NCBI RefSeq assembly: GCF_006345805.1 | Contig: NC_043004.1 | Coordinates: forward strand, 98,394,001-98,458,000 | Source: Octopus sinensis | Lineage: Eukaryota | Length of the DNA stretch: 64,000 nt | Direction of reading: 5' to 3' | Shown here: piece after piece, positions 39,001 through 52,345 of the stretch | Layout of the letters: the number at the start of each line of letters is the position of its first letter | Position numbering within the stretch: the first letter of the stretch is position 1 | The notes under the pieces: model-generated | Seen by the model: the letters and a program-made list of their open reading frames with translations, nothing else | Database searches by the model: none | What the model was told of the DNA's origin: nothing | Made by a program: the position numbers and the translations under genes

Positions 39001-40758
39001 TACCTTTGCAAAATACGCATTTAAAAAAAAATCTGAAAATCGGCTGTAATAATGTAGCTTTCCAGTCTAATTGCATTGAAGGTATGATGTTGTGGAGAGA
39101 AAAAAATGGAGAAACGTTAAAAAGGTATAAAAATCAAAAACACTGGGTATTAGTAACCAATAGCGAGACAGAGCGATAGCAAACATGTTGGGAGGCTTTA
39201 TACACTAGTTTGATCTGCTAGAAATAGTAATAAAATCCCCTTGAAAACTTTTCTAAGATAGACACAAAATATAACAAATATACTTCTACCTATTTTGTCT
39301 GTAATAATAGCAGGATGGTCACAGTTGGACTGTCTCTGATTATAGAATTGCTCACTCAGAGTTCACCTTTGGTTAAATAATTGTAATAACAACGATAGCG
39401 TCATTTCTGCCACTGCTAAATATGTCTCGCTAGAGTTGAATAGATGCTTTTCAGTGAAACAAATGAAGTGGAAATGTGAAACTGCTGTTTCGCTGTTCAT
39501 GAAAACCTTACAACCACTCAGCCAGACTTAAAGAACATTTTTCTATTATCTTAAATGTCTCTATTGAGACATAGTGAGTGATGGTAATATTTAAAAATTT
39601 GGCAGCTTCTGAATAAAACAATTTCTGATTCTATAAATTTGTAAAACTGAGATTTAGCAATCATTGTTTGCAAAGCTTTCCCTTATCGGTAGCTGAATAA
39701 ACTTGGAAATATTGAAAAACTAATGAAAAGGAGAGGTTTACTAAAGATAAATTCCACCTTTGTCTGAAATATTATTCTACTCGGAAGCTTTTCCTGCTTT
39801 GTATATATGTGTATGTATGTGTATGTATATACGTGTGCGTGTGTACGTATAAGCGTGTGCGTGTGTGTGTGTGTGTATGTGTTTGTGTGTGAACATGTGT
39901 GTTTGTGTGTATTTTGCTATCGATAGAATATTTGAGTGGAATGAAAAGCCGATGAATAAAAACTGTATTGTTTCTGAAAATCCGATGGATTATTGTTAAT
40001 TTATCGTATAGCTGCCTAACAACAACAACAACAACAATGGCAACAACAAGGGCTGCAACAAGCACAATAGGAACAATAATAACGACAATGACAACAAATA
40101 ATAATGACTTCAACAATTGCAGCATCAAGAAGAAGAGCATCAACAATATATCCGTAGACATCTCCTACAAAAACCCATCAATACCATCAACCGTGAAAAT
40201 ATTGGAGATAACTGCTGCGGCAGTACCAAAAGAAGTTGTTCATTTCAATGGGGGAAACAGAAAACAGTCGGTGAAAACTAGGCATTCATTATATGCAATA
40301 GTGAAAGATTTTCAATTCCATTCAATTGTTACTGAGAGAAGAGGAATTGATGTAGTTGAAAATGTCTTTTAAAGACAAATATCATTATTTCTTTAGTGAA
40401 AATAAGAAGGAAAAAAAAATACGAATCAACAGTGATTGATAACTCAGCAATTCAGGAACGTGAAGTAGGATTAAGAATAAACGTTTTCACCATCTAACTT
40501 TAAAATGACCGGCTGCAGACAATTTTTAAATAAGCAGTATTAACTAAGAATACGCCAGCATAACAAATGATACACAGGCAAAGCGCATCTCACATAAACA
40601 CCGTGTATAAACTGCAAGGAATTTACAAGTATTTATAAGGGAGATTGGGACATACCAAAGAAATAATGCAGCAAAGGAAATCTTAAATTGACTATCTTAA
40701 GTTGTGATAACAAACAGAAAGTTAATATCAAAATCAACAGTTTCCCAGTCTTTTACAA

Positions 40759-40800
<42 letters not shown>

Positions 40801-40822
40801 GTATATGTATGTATGTGTATAT

Positions 40823-40864
<42 letters not shown>

Positions 40865-40946
40865 TATGTATACAGATATACACATACAGACATGCGCATA
40901 TATATAGATATATAGATATACATGCATGTATATACATTTATGCATG

Positions 40947-40977
<31 letters not shown>

Positions 40978-41569
40978 ATGTATATGTATATCGTTGTTAT
41001 TATGCAAAAGAGTCGTATGTCCAAAACGTTGCTTTTTCAGAAAACGAAAAATAGTTACCAACGGTTTCAGCTTAACAATGCTACTTTGTTGTAACTCCAT
41101 GCACGTATGCTATTTTCAGTCAGAAATATTTTTGCAAAACTGTCGTAAGTGGGACTTACTAAACTTTTGATAAATGTTAAACCATTGTACTACATTTTGA
41201 TACAATTTTCATATCTTGGCATCTGAAGCATCTGAAAATAAGATAGCTTAACCAAAAGATCCAGCTATTGCAAGCAAAATTAAATATTGAAAAGAAACGC
41301 TTTGGCCAAATTTGGACATACGACAGTTTAACATAACAGCGATGTGTGAGTGTGTGTGTGTGTGTGTTAAAGTTTATTTCTCAACATAACGTAGCAGTCC
41401 TGCACAGTATCATGCTACTACTTTTTAACCCCAGGTAAACATCTTTTCCAGCTGGTTTATTGAAACATGGTCTGTGTCTGAGATTATAATGTAAATAAGA
41501 GGGCCTATCACTCCCTTCTAGCCGTTGGCAATATCAGCAGACCAATGGTTTCTGGGTATATATTGGTTT

Positions 41570-41765
41570 CAAATGTTGGTAAAAGACCAGTATTTTCAGG
41601 GAGAGCTTAAATCGGTTACATTAACAGGTACTTATTTTATCGACTCCGAAAGGATTATAGGGAAAGCTGACCTTGGCAGAATTTGAACTCAGACCGTAAA
41701 GACGAAATAAATGCCACTAACCCTTTTGCACGCAGTGCTACCGATTCTGCCAGCTCGCCACCTTA
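41570..41765 (-). mobile_element. Old SINE-A copy (alternative tail)
   Basis: GGTACTTATTTTATCGACTCCGAAAGG..GAATTTGAACTCAG..TTCTGCCAGCTCGCC. Confidence 0.75.
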
Positions 41766-42787
41766 AATTTACATATAGCTATATTGATGATTGTTTTATA
41801 TTAAGTTATAATGAAAACAAATTTACAATAAACTGAGGGATTACACAATACTTTTAGGATGGTACATAGTATCTATTATTCTCTAACAATGGTATAATAA
41901 TGTTATTGACAGTAACTTCCAAAATTTCGGCTGAGTGAGCTGTTATCATATTACGTCATCGTACGCTAAAATATATCTATATAATTCCATCTGGTGACGT
42001 AAATTAATAGGTATGTACGATAAATCCTCGTGTTGATCTACCACCAAAACTCCGACTTGAACGGCGATTAAAGCAAAATATTTCTTAATCCCTTATTTAC
42101 TCTAAAAAGTCTGCAATTATGTTTCAATTAAAAATTATATGCGCTAAAGTGATGCCACATGTTTTACTTCATTCTTTGTTTCTGACATACAAACATACAT
42201 ACATACTTAAATACATACATGCATATATACATACATACATACATACATACATACATACTACATACATACATACATACATACATACAGGGACAGGAACTGA
42301 AAACTTAACGGTATTTGTTAGCAACTATCAAAGGTTAAGGGAGATATTTTCAAAGAATTAAGAGTTATTTCACACACACACACAGCTAGAATTTTCATCT
42401 CTAGGAGACCATCTGTTCTCAATTATCAAGCAAGTTGACAGCTACGGACATGTTTCAGTCATACTAAACTTTGTCATCAAAGTAAAACCTATTGAAACCT
42501 ATTTTTATGAATTTTAAAACTAGAACCAAGGGCACGAAATATCTTGACCAGTATATATAATTACGTAAAGTTAAGAAATAAATGGCAAATCTTAATTCAT
42601 TCACAGTTACTTACAATTTTTATTGAGGACATCGCCATCTATCTTAATACGAATTATTTCTTTACGTTTAGTTTTTGTTCAAATCTGGTTGTTCATGTAT
42701 TGTTTTGCAAGTGTATGATGAAATGTTTATAACTGTATTTATATGAGTATTAAAAATATATGCAATACATACATACGTACATACATA

Positions 42788-42993
42788 TACGGGGAGGTTC
42801 TGAAAAGTTCCTGGCTTCGAATAACCGAAAATACAGGATCAGTTCATTACTGTTTTATTCAACATATTCTCTTTTCAGATTCATAAACTTATTGGAGTGT
42901 TCCTTCAGTTTTTCTAAACCCTGTAAAAGAAATCGGAAGGCTGGGCCTCAAAACCGTGCTTTTCGTGCCAGATACCTTTCAGCACCCCTCGTA
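42788..42993. mobile_element. Mariner-type non-autonomous element
   Basis: TACGGGG..CTGAAAAGTT / TTTCAGCACCCCTCGTA termini with TA; a related remnant lies at ~43870-44000. Confidence 0.75.
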
Positions 42994-43017
42994 TACATAC
43001 TTATATATATGTATGTG

Positions 43018-43060
<43 letters not shown>

Positions 43061-43299
43061 TTATATTTGTATATATATATATATATATATCTTATTGATA
43101 TGTGTTTGATGTCTGGATGAGTATATGCAAGTGAACATCACTTGTATTAAGCGATTATATGTGCGAGCCAAACAGAAATAAAAGAAAAAGGGATTCAGTC
43201 CAATCATCACTCGACAGGTTACAATATTTATTGTCAAATCATGTTTCTTTTTACCAAAGATTTTCTCTCACTAAAGGTACAACAAAAATTCCTTATAAA

Positions 43300-43830
43300 A
43301 TACATATATATTCCCATCCTCAATTACCCAATAGACTAGAACACTCTTATCAGATCTTCTAAACGTGTCATGCTTAACAAAACTAGCTATAACCACAACT
43401 ATCGTGACAGATGTAACTCTACCACCACTTCTTGTTGAGCCTTAGACTCCAAATGTCTATCAAAGAATGTAGTCTACCAATGCAAAATCCAAACTGCCAA
43501 TTTGACAAAATTTTCCATCCATCAAACCACAAACAACGTCAAAATTCGATACAACTGTCACACAATTACATTCAGGCATGAATCAAGTTGTAAGACGACA
43601 TCGCACTTTACATAAGTCTGGAATTTAAAGCACAGGAATACTCCCTATAATTTATATTGGAAAATTATTACGATTGCTATTACCAGAGCTGGTTCTTCTA
43701 CTGAGAACTGACAAAAGTTCAGTAGCAACCAGTCAGAAACATTTGAAGTTCTATATCTTAAACGCCACTCTGCTAAATAAACAATGAAAATCTATTTTCA
43801 TTTACATGATCTTCAGAAATTTTAACATTC
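43300..43830 (+). mobile_element. Degenerate Penelope-like GIY-YIG domain
   Basis: Fragments KCLSKNVVYQCKI, IRYNCHTITFRHE, WNLKHRNTPYNLYWKII and LLNK, matching the PLE C-terminus. Confidence 0.7.
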
Positions 43831-44027
43831 AATTATGGATGTACCAATAACAAAAAGAAAATACACGAGGATCAGTTAATTACGATTTTATGCATCATTC
43901 CCCACTCAGATTCTTACTCTTATTGCAAAAGTTCTTCGAGTTTTCTAAGCCCTGTAAAAGAGCTCAGGAGGTTGGATCTCCATAATGCCTGCGATACCTA
44001 AGAGCTTATTAGAAAGAACTTATCATA

Positions 44028-44260
44028 AGCGCAGGAGTGGCTGTGTAGTAGGTAGCTTGCTTACCAACCACATATGGTCCTGGGTTTAGTCCCACTGCGT
44101 GGCACCTTGGGCAAGTGTCTTCTATTATAGCCTCGGGCCGACCAATGCCTTGTGAGTGGATTTGGTAGACGGAAGCTGAAAGAAGCCCATCGTATATGTA
44201 TATATATATATATATATATATAAAAATATATGGTAGACGGAAGCTGAAAGAACCCGGTCG

Positions 44261-44315
<55 letters not shown>

Positions 44316-44342
44316 TAGACGGAAGCTGAAAGAAACCCGTCG

Positions 44343-44405
<63 letters not shown>

Positions 44406-44605
44406 AGACTATATGTTTGTGTATCTGTGTTTGTCCCCCCAGCATCGCTTGACAACCGATTGTGGTGTGTTTACGTCCCCGTAACTTAGTGACTCGGCAA
44501 AAAATACCGATAGAATAAGTACTAGGCTTACAAAGAATAAGCTCTGGGGTCGAATTGTTCGACTAAAGGCAGTGCTCCAGCCTGGCCGCAGTCAAATGAA
44601 ATAAA
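44028..44605 (+). mobile_element. SINE-B with internal triplication
   Basis: GGTAGACGGAAGCTGAAAGAA..GTCGTATA(TA)n occurs three times (44164, 44232, 44314). Confidence 0.92.
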
Positions 44606-44854
44606 AAGCACCCTCTCGTATATTCCCATATTTACACTACCAATGCTTCAACCATACCTAGAATTCTACTTGTTTACTATCTATCCCCTGCATTATTATT
44701 CCGTGTCAATTTTACACACAAATGTTTTCTCAATTTATCGGTAAGTTATATTTCGAAACTATGAACGCAAGCACTACTCTTTTTATCCTAGATTTTTTTG
44801 TTTATTAGGTTTTGTTCCTCTCTTCATTTATATATATATATTTTATCTTTTACC

Positions 44855-45250
44855 TGTTTTAGTTCTGAGACTGCGGCCAAGCTGAGGTGCACCACCTTGA
44901 AGAATTTTTAGTCAAATGAATCGACCCCAGTACTTTTTTTTATATATTAAAGCCTGATATTTATTCTATCGGTCTTTTTTGCCGAATCGCTAAGTTGCGG
45001 GGATGTAAACACACCAGCACCTGTTGTGAAGTGGTGGGGGGGGGACAAGCACAAACACGCACACATATATCTATAAATATGTATATAGGATGGGCTTCTT
45101 TCTGTTTCCGTCTACCAAATCCACTCACAAGCTTTGGTTGGCCCAGGACTATAGTAAAAGACATTTTCCCAAGGTGCCACGCAGTGGGACTAAACCTGGA
45201 ACCATCTGGCTGGAAGCAAGCTTCTTAGTACACAGCCACGCCTGTGCCTA
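44855..45250 (-). mobile_element. SINE family B, older variant
   Basis: Full length, more diverged from the other copies. Confidence 0.85.
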
Positions 45251-45940
45251 TTAAGATTACTCATCAACATTTCAACAATACATTATATACTCCTTGTGTC
45301 TCACTACTTCTTATATTTCACAACACAGTTGATTATATTTCAGCATATTTTTAATTGCGTGGGTTTTTTTTTAATTTTAATTTTTAGTAGTTATTATCAA
45401 TTTTATGCCACATCATCACATTTCTTTTCCTTTTGTTCTTATGTTTTATTACTAATATTATTATTTGTTGTAGCTCTTGATGTTATTCTTCTTGTATGTA
45501 CGAGGGGAAGATGTTAATTTGGAGCGCGTAAGTTCTTATGGAATTTTCTTTTGAACGAAGTCATTTTTTAAATTTATTTTGATTCTATCATTTTGATACT
45601 AAGCTATGAATTATCCTCCAAGGCTAGTCGGCTTTGTAAAATATTTGTTCCTTTAGGGCGAATTTTGAAAGTTTTAAACAACAAAGTTAGATACTTAAAA
45701 AGCAAATTTATTGTATATGGCTTCTACTACTAAGACATTGGATTGGTATAATTGTTAGCAAGGCAGAGAGAATACTTACCTGTATTTCTTCCAGCTATCT
45801 AGGTTTTGAGTTCAAACTCCAATGGGGTTTACTTTGTTTCAAACCTTTCAGGTTCGCTGAAATAAGCATCAGTCAAGCGCTGATGTAATTGGCTAATTCC
45901 CAATTACTGAACTTATGCCAAAATTTGATACCACTACTAT

Positions 45941-47140
45941 TGTCGTTGTTGTTGTTGTTGTTGCCTTTGTTTGCCTTTATCTCTCGGCTTTAGGTGTTAT
46001 GCCAGTTCATTATGCTGAATAAGAAGACACACCCCACACCCTTTGGTATCCAGTACCTTTCTTAAGTTTCTTATCCCTAATAAAATATATTTTACAAAAC
46101 AAAGAAGTTTATGTTACAAGCAAGATGTTGCTCGAATTTTTCAAAATTTCTGTCTACGTTACTCAATGCACCGATAACAAACAGTATATCTTTTACGCTC
46201 TTACATTCGCGCCCCCAATCTTGTATCTGAAATAATTATTCTTATCAATCTTTTCCTGTACTTCCTCTTACACACTGGTATCAAAGAGTCATGCTATATA
46301 TTTCTTTACTGCCCACAAGGGGCTAAACATAGAGGGGACAAACAAGGACATACAGAGGGATTAAGTCGATTACATCGACCCCAGCGCGAAACTGGTACTT
46401 TATTTATCGACCCCGAAAGGATGAAAGGCAAAGTCGACCTCGGCGGAATTTGAACTCACAACGTAGCGACAGACGAAATACCGCTAAGCATTTCGCCCGA
46501 CGTGCTAACGATTCCGCTAGCTCGACGCCTTATGCTATAGCCACCATTATACATTCACGAGATGTTTTGTGCATGATAACGATGTCAGACCGAAAGTGTT
46601 CCATGACTTTATGTTTCTACAGTTTACAGTCACACAGGATCTCTGTACGTATTTTCATTCTCCAGTACCATTTCTAGCTTCTGGTCATGACGGCTTTTCG
46701 GAAGAAACGAAGTTGTACTTCTTACAGATTCCCCAGTGCACAACATTCGCCACCCTATCATGTCCCCAATTCGTATACTCTTTCTGTGCTTCTTTTGGAC
46801 ATTTGGAAACTATGTGTACAACTGTTTCTTCTCCTTCACCGCACATCCTACACTTCCCATCAATATTTTCTTCATCAATGGTTTTCCTGATGTTTTCCGT
46901 TCGCAATGCTTCCTTCTATGCAACCATAATCATTTCTTCAGTCACATTCTTCAGCCTGGTCCAGCTCTTCTCCCCCTCGAAATTTGTCTGTTGCTACGAA
47001 ATAATTTGCAATGCAAATTTTTGTTCGTCACGATAAATCCTTTCCTTTTCATGTCGTAGGTCTTCTTCTCGTGATTCTCGCCTTTTTTATCGACATTTCA
47101 TTGCTTTTTTTAATGTACTTCTTGATATTGGCAACGTCTA
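45941..47140 (-). mobile_element. 5'-truncated Dong/R4-type LINE (CCHC plus restriction-like endonuclease), interrupted by SINE-A
   Basis: CRMCGEGEETVVHIVSKC..HDRVANVVHW, then ENE..IL.D....EHFRSDIV, VIGAL and RKVLDT*, followed by a (CAA)n tail at 45941-45963. Confidence 0.85.
46299..46531 (-). mobile_element. SINE-A monomer inserted in the Dong LINE
   Basis: 8-bp TSD ATGCTATA at 46291-46298 and 46532-46539. Confidence 0.92.
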
Positions 47141-47153
47141 TATTCTCACAGGT

Positions 47154-47366
47154 GGAGGTACATAGCCTAGTGGTTAAAGCAGCGAACTCGCGGTCGAGGG
47201 ATCGTGGGTTCGAATCTCACACCGGATGATGTGTGTGTTTATGAGCGAAACACCTAAGCTCCACGCAGCTTCGTCAGAAATTAATGGCGAACTTCTGCTG
47301 ACACTTTCGCCACAAATTCCTCTCACTCTTTCCTCCTGAATCTTGCAGCTTACCTGCGACGGACCT
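47154..47366 (+). mobile_element. SINE family C, 3'-truncated
   Basis: GGAGGTACATAGCCTAGTGGTTAAAGCAGCGAACTCGCGGTCGAGGGATCGTGGGTTCGAATC head. Confidence 0.8.
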
Positions 47367-47534
47367 TTAGTCATTGTTCTTGCTGTTGTTGATGTCCTTG
47401 TTACTATTACTAATACTACCACAACTAATACTACCACAACTAATACTAATACTACTATTGTTATTACAATCTTCACTATCATTTTTGACATTTCTTACCT
47501 TAGATTTAATCAAGCTCAAAATCATTTCACTACT

Positions 47535-47738
47535 CTTTTACTATTTTACTTGTTTCAGTCATTTGACTGCGGCCATGCTGGGGCACCGCCTTTAGTCGAG
47601 CAAATCGACCCTGAGACTTATTCTTTGTAAGCCCAGTACTTATTCTATCGGTCTCTTTTGCCGAAGCGCTAAGTGACAGAGACGTAAACACACCAGCATC
47701 GGTTGTCAAGCAATGCTAGGGGGACAAACACAGACACA

Positions 47739-47824
<86 letters not shown>

Positions 47825-48007
47825 ATATATATATACATATATACGACAGGCTTCTTTCAGTTTCCGTCTACCAAATCCACTCACAAGGCATTAATCGGCC
47901 CGGGGCTATAGCAGAAGACACTTGCCCAAGATACCACGCAGTTGGACTAAACCCAGAACCATGTGGTTGGTTAGCAAGCTACTTACCACACAGCCACTCC
48001 TGCGCCT
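47535..48007 (-). mobile_element. SINE family B
   Basis: Full length, with an expanded internal microsatellite. Confidence 0.92.
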
Positions 48008-48715
48008 ATATATTATTTTTAAACTAAAAGCATTTATTTCGTATTTTTCAAATTCACTTTATTTCAGACACATAGTCTTTATATTCTTATAACTAAACTG
48101 ATATCACCACATGTAATGTGCAGAAAGTAGTTTTAATTTCGAACAATATTATAATCCTCACCCCCACCTAAACACACTACAACAGTCGAGACAGATTGCA
48201 TATGAATATTGATTCTAACACTGGGTTATTAGTATCGTTATGATTAATATCGCTCTGATTAAACAAAACACCTATGTTTATGTCTATGTGTATGTGTGTG
48301 CATGTGTGCGTGCGTTTGTGTGCGTGTATGTGTTTGGCAAAACTATTCTTTAAGTCAAAAACACTTCTTGGGGTCTGTAGTTATCTGTATTGTTTGGGAT
48401 AAGCAATCATACATACGTGCTTGAGTGTACGTCAATACAGTGGTACTCGTGTAGAGCGCTATGCATATGCTTCGTTACTTTTTATGTGTGCGTATGTGTG
48501 TATCAGTTCTCTATGTGTATGTGGTTCTGTGCGTATTTTCATCGCTGGAACCTCAAACGAAGAGAAGTTTTACAAATTTTCATGCACCTCTAACTGATGT
48601 ATTTAGATAATCGAATCAGTTTTCTTTGTTCACTTTTGAAGAAACCCAGTATTTGTATGCAGATCAATTGTTATTGAACCCAGCTCCTACATTATAATAG
48701 AAACAGAAAATACAT

Positions 48716-49178
48716 ACCTATTTCTTTACGACCCACAAGGGACTAAACACAGAGAGGACAAACAAGGACAGACAAACGGATTAAGTCGATTATATCGACC
48801 CCAGTGCGTAACTGGTACTTATTTAATCGACCCCGAAAGGATGAAAAGGCGAAGTCGACCACGGTGGAATTTGAACTCAGAACGTAACGGCAGACGAAAT
48901 ACGGCTACGCATTTGGACATTATTGTAGAGCTGAAAACGAGGCAATTTCTACTTTTCTCCTCTGGAAGCCATCTACTCGCAATACCAGAGAGCGCACACT
49001 CTCCTACCCTGATGTAATCTCCAGGGATACAGGCATCCAGCAACAGGACCTCCGTAATGCCATGATGGACCGTGAAGTCTGGCGTAGCATGGTAAATTCC
49101 ATTGTCTCGACCACGGTCGAACAATGATGATGATGAAGTATTTCGCCCGGCGTGCTAACGTTTCTGCCAGCTTACCGC
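48716..49178 (-). mobile_element. SINE-A monomer split by an RTE tail
   Basis: TSD CAGAAAATACAT at 48704-48715 and 49179-49190; the sense 3' end is GAAATAGGT. Confidence 0.9.
48915..49137 (+). mobile_element. Short 3' fragment of the RTE LINE family at 50096-52119
   Basis: Near-identical to 51897-52119, with a (GAT)n tail and imperfect TSD GCATTT/GTATTT. Confidence 0.92.
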
Positions 49179-49847
49179 CAGAAAATACATTCCACCTTGA
49201 TATGAGAGCTGTAAGTTTTCTTTTCTTTATTAATACTTCATAACTACAAAATAGCAGATGTCTACAACGGTTCCTTGGACTTTACTTCCTATTTCATACA
49301 ACACTATCTGGCCTACTGTTCTAACAATGCGTCGTTATTTTCATGATAATATTCCGCCAGTATTCATTACCTTTTAAAGATGTGGATATTCTTTGGTTCT
49401 TGTGTGCCTTCGCTATGGCCGTCACGATAATCTTTCCTGCCGCTATGTTGTGTCTTGATTAAAGATTATATCTTGCAAATATTTTTGAATATCTGTTGGT
49501 GTGGGTGATATCTTCCGCATTATTATGGCTATCTCGACATTTTCTATCAGAGGCGTGCTAATCTCTCTTTTTGGTCAGATAATTAGTAGCTGTCTTCTAA
49601 GTTTGGACAAGAAAGACATAGCTTTCTAGGTGAGATATGATCGGTTCTAGCAAAGGAAAATATTCGTGTCATTATTGCAAGAATTCTCTAACTTGCATGC
49701 ATGTTTCTATACATAAACTTCTGTTGTTAAAATGAATGTTTCTCCTTCAAGTTAGTATGTATTAATGCATCAATGCATGCATCAATGTATTATGCATGTA
49801 TGTATGTATTTATTTATTTATGAAGGTAGGTAGGTAGGTAGGTAGGA

Positions 49848-50086
49848 GAGCGGCAAGTTGGCAGAAACGTTAGCAGGCCGGGCGAAATGCTCAGCGGTAT
49901 TTCGTCTGCCGCTACGTTCTGAGTTCAAATTCCGCAAAGGTCGACTTTGCCTTTCATCCTTTCGGGGTCGATTAAAAAAGTACCAGTTACGTACTGCGGT
50001 CGATATAATCGACTTAATCCGTTTGTCTATCCGTGTTTGTCTTCTCTGTGTTTCGCCCCTTGTGGGTAGTAAAGAAATAGGTAGGT
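49848..50086 (+). mobile_element. SINE-A monomer in a (TAGG)n tract
   Basis: Full head to GTAAAGAAATAGGT tail. Confidence 0.9.
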
Positions 50087-50095
50087 AGGCCTGCA

Positions 50096-52119
50096 TTTCA
50101 AGCTTTGTCTACTTCTGAAATAGATGCTGAGAACATTGGAGAAGTCTACAGCAGCCTCATCAAATCAACAGAGGAAGTTACATTGGCTACTCTTCCCAAA
50201 AAGAAGAGTAGGGGCCAGAGCAAACCTTCTAATTCCCCAAATGTCATCGAAGCCAGAAACCATCTAAAGTCTATATCTCTAGCTTACCACTGTTCTCCAT
50301 CCCAGTCACTGAAGATCCAACTCATAACTGCCAAGAAGAATCTTGATGAGGCTTACTTGAACGCCGAGGTCGACTTAATCAACGGCAAAATTAGCAAACT
50401 ATCCAAAGAGCACATTAGTAAAAAACACCATCTCACCTGGAAATCCATCAAAGACCTATCAGGCAAAAATTCTGGATCATCAATTAGAATTAAAGGGGGA
50501 TCCGCTAAGAAGCGTTTAGAAAATTGGTCTACTCATTTTAAAAACCTTCTTGGGAAGAATGCCAAAATCCCTGATAACCCCACTCTTCCAAGTGTGCCTA
50601 TATCAGACACGCTGGACATCAACACCTCCCCTTTTAACATATTTGAACTAACAGCAGCCCCTAAACAACTGAAAGCCTCGAAAGCATTTGGTCCCGACAA
50701 CATCCCAGCTATAATTTGGAAGGATGATAGATTTCACACACTTTTGCTCAACCTTTGCAACCACACTTTCCACTATTGTAGCTCCAAAGATTTGGCACCA
50801 ATCCCAAATCCTACCAATACCCAAAAAAAGGCGATTTATCCCTCGTCACCAACTACAGGGGTGTATCTCTAATGTCAATTCCTGCAAAATTGTACAAAAA
50901 AATGATTCTAAATCGTTTTGTCCTTTTTGTTGAACCTTTGCTCCGAAAGAACCAAAATGGATTCAAACATGGGCGCTCAACGCTGAGCCAGATACAATGC
51001 CTACGCAGACTTATTGAAGAATCAAAAGCATTTAATCGCGATCTTGCAATGGTGTTTGTGGACTTTTCTAAAGCGTTCGACTCTGTAGATAGGTACAAGA
51101 TGTTTAAAATCCTTAAGCTCTATGAGATACCAGACAAAATCATTTCTGCCATCAAGGTCCTCTACACAGATACATCTTCAACCATCTTAACCTCTGACGG
51201 AGAAACATCATCTTTTTCAATCAAAGCCGGAATACTGCAGGGAGACACACTCGCCCCATTTCTTTTCATCATTGTCGTTGACTATGTGCTACTTATGTCA
51301 GTTGATACCATTTCTGGCAAGGGCCTTGAAATAAAACTTAGAAGTTCCAGACACCCAGCTGAATACTTGACAGACATTGACTTTGCTGACGACATCGCTC
51401 TTATCAGTGATTCTCTTTTACAATCTCTCGAACAAGCCTCAAATTGTGTAGGTCTTTACTTCAATGAGGCCAAGACTGAATATATAAACAAGTGCCTGTT
51501 CAACAGTGATTGCATCATCCATACTCTCAACAATGCGCCCTTAAATATGGTTTCTGATTACAAATATCTTGGATCATACATATCATCATCTGGAAAAGAT
51601 TTTCTAACTAGAAAACCTGGTCAGCCTGTAATGACATGCATAAGATCTGATCATCAAATCTAACTAGAGACTTCAAACTTGAAATCTTCAAAGCCACAGT
51701 CGAACCAATTCTACTATATGGCTCAGAAACCTGTACATTATCAAAGAAGCTTGAGAGGCGGTTGGATGGAACCTACACTCGCCTCCTTATGAGAGCTCAA
51801 AATCTCTTGTGGAAGCGTCATCCAACTAAAGTACAAATATATGGGAAACTACCACCTGTGTCATCTCTTGTGAAAGGTAGGAGAGTACAGTTTGCTGGAC
51901 ATTGTTGTAGAGCTGAAAACGAGGCAATTTCTACTCTTCTCCTTGGAAGCCATCTGCTCGCGATACCAGAGGGCGCACACTTTCCTACCCTGATGTAATC
52001 TCCAGGGATACAGGCATCCTGCAACAGGACCTCCGTAATGCCATGATGGACCGTGAAGTCTGGCGTAGCATGGTAAATTCAATTGTCTCGACCACGGTCG
52101 AACAATGATGATGATGATG
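50096..52119 (+). mobile_element. 5'-truncated RTE/RTE-X clade LINE, frameshifted RT ORF
   Basis: KAFGPDNIP, NYRGVSL, DFSKAFDSVD, QGDTLAPFLF, FADDIAL, YKYLGS and FAGHC motifs; TCGACC-AC-GGTCGA hairpin and (GAT)n tail; 9-bp TSD AGGCCTGCA at 50087-50095 and 52120-52128. Confidence 0.95.
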
Positions 52120-52120
52120 A

Positions 52121-52345
52121 GGCCTGCAGAAACGTTAGCACGCCGGGCGAAATGCGTGGTCGTATTTCGTCTGCCGTTACGTTCTGAGTTCAAATTCCGC
52201 CGAGGTCGACTTTGCCTTCCATCCTTTCTGGGTCGATAAATAAAGTACCAGTTTCGCACTGGGGTCTATGTAATCGACTTAATCCCTTTGTCTGTCCTTG
52301 TTTGTCCCCTCTATGTTTAGCTCCTTGTGGGTAGTAAAGAAATAT
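52121..52345 (+). mobile_element. SINE-A monomer whose head is the RTE target site
   Basis: GGCCTGCAGAAACGTTAGCACGCCGGGCG..GGGTAGTAAAGAAATA. Confidence 0.9.

Noticed and set aside
39968-40372. 134-aa T/N-rich ORF
   Set aside because: Driven by an (AAC)n low-complexity tract; no recognisable domain or splice support.
50105-51998. RTE ORFs as an active or domesticated RT gene
   Set aside because: The element is 5'-truncated without an endonuclease domain and is broken by at least three frameshifts.
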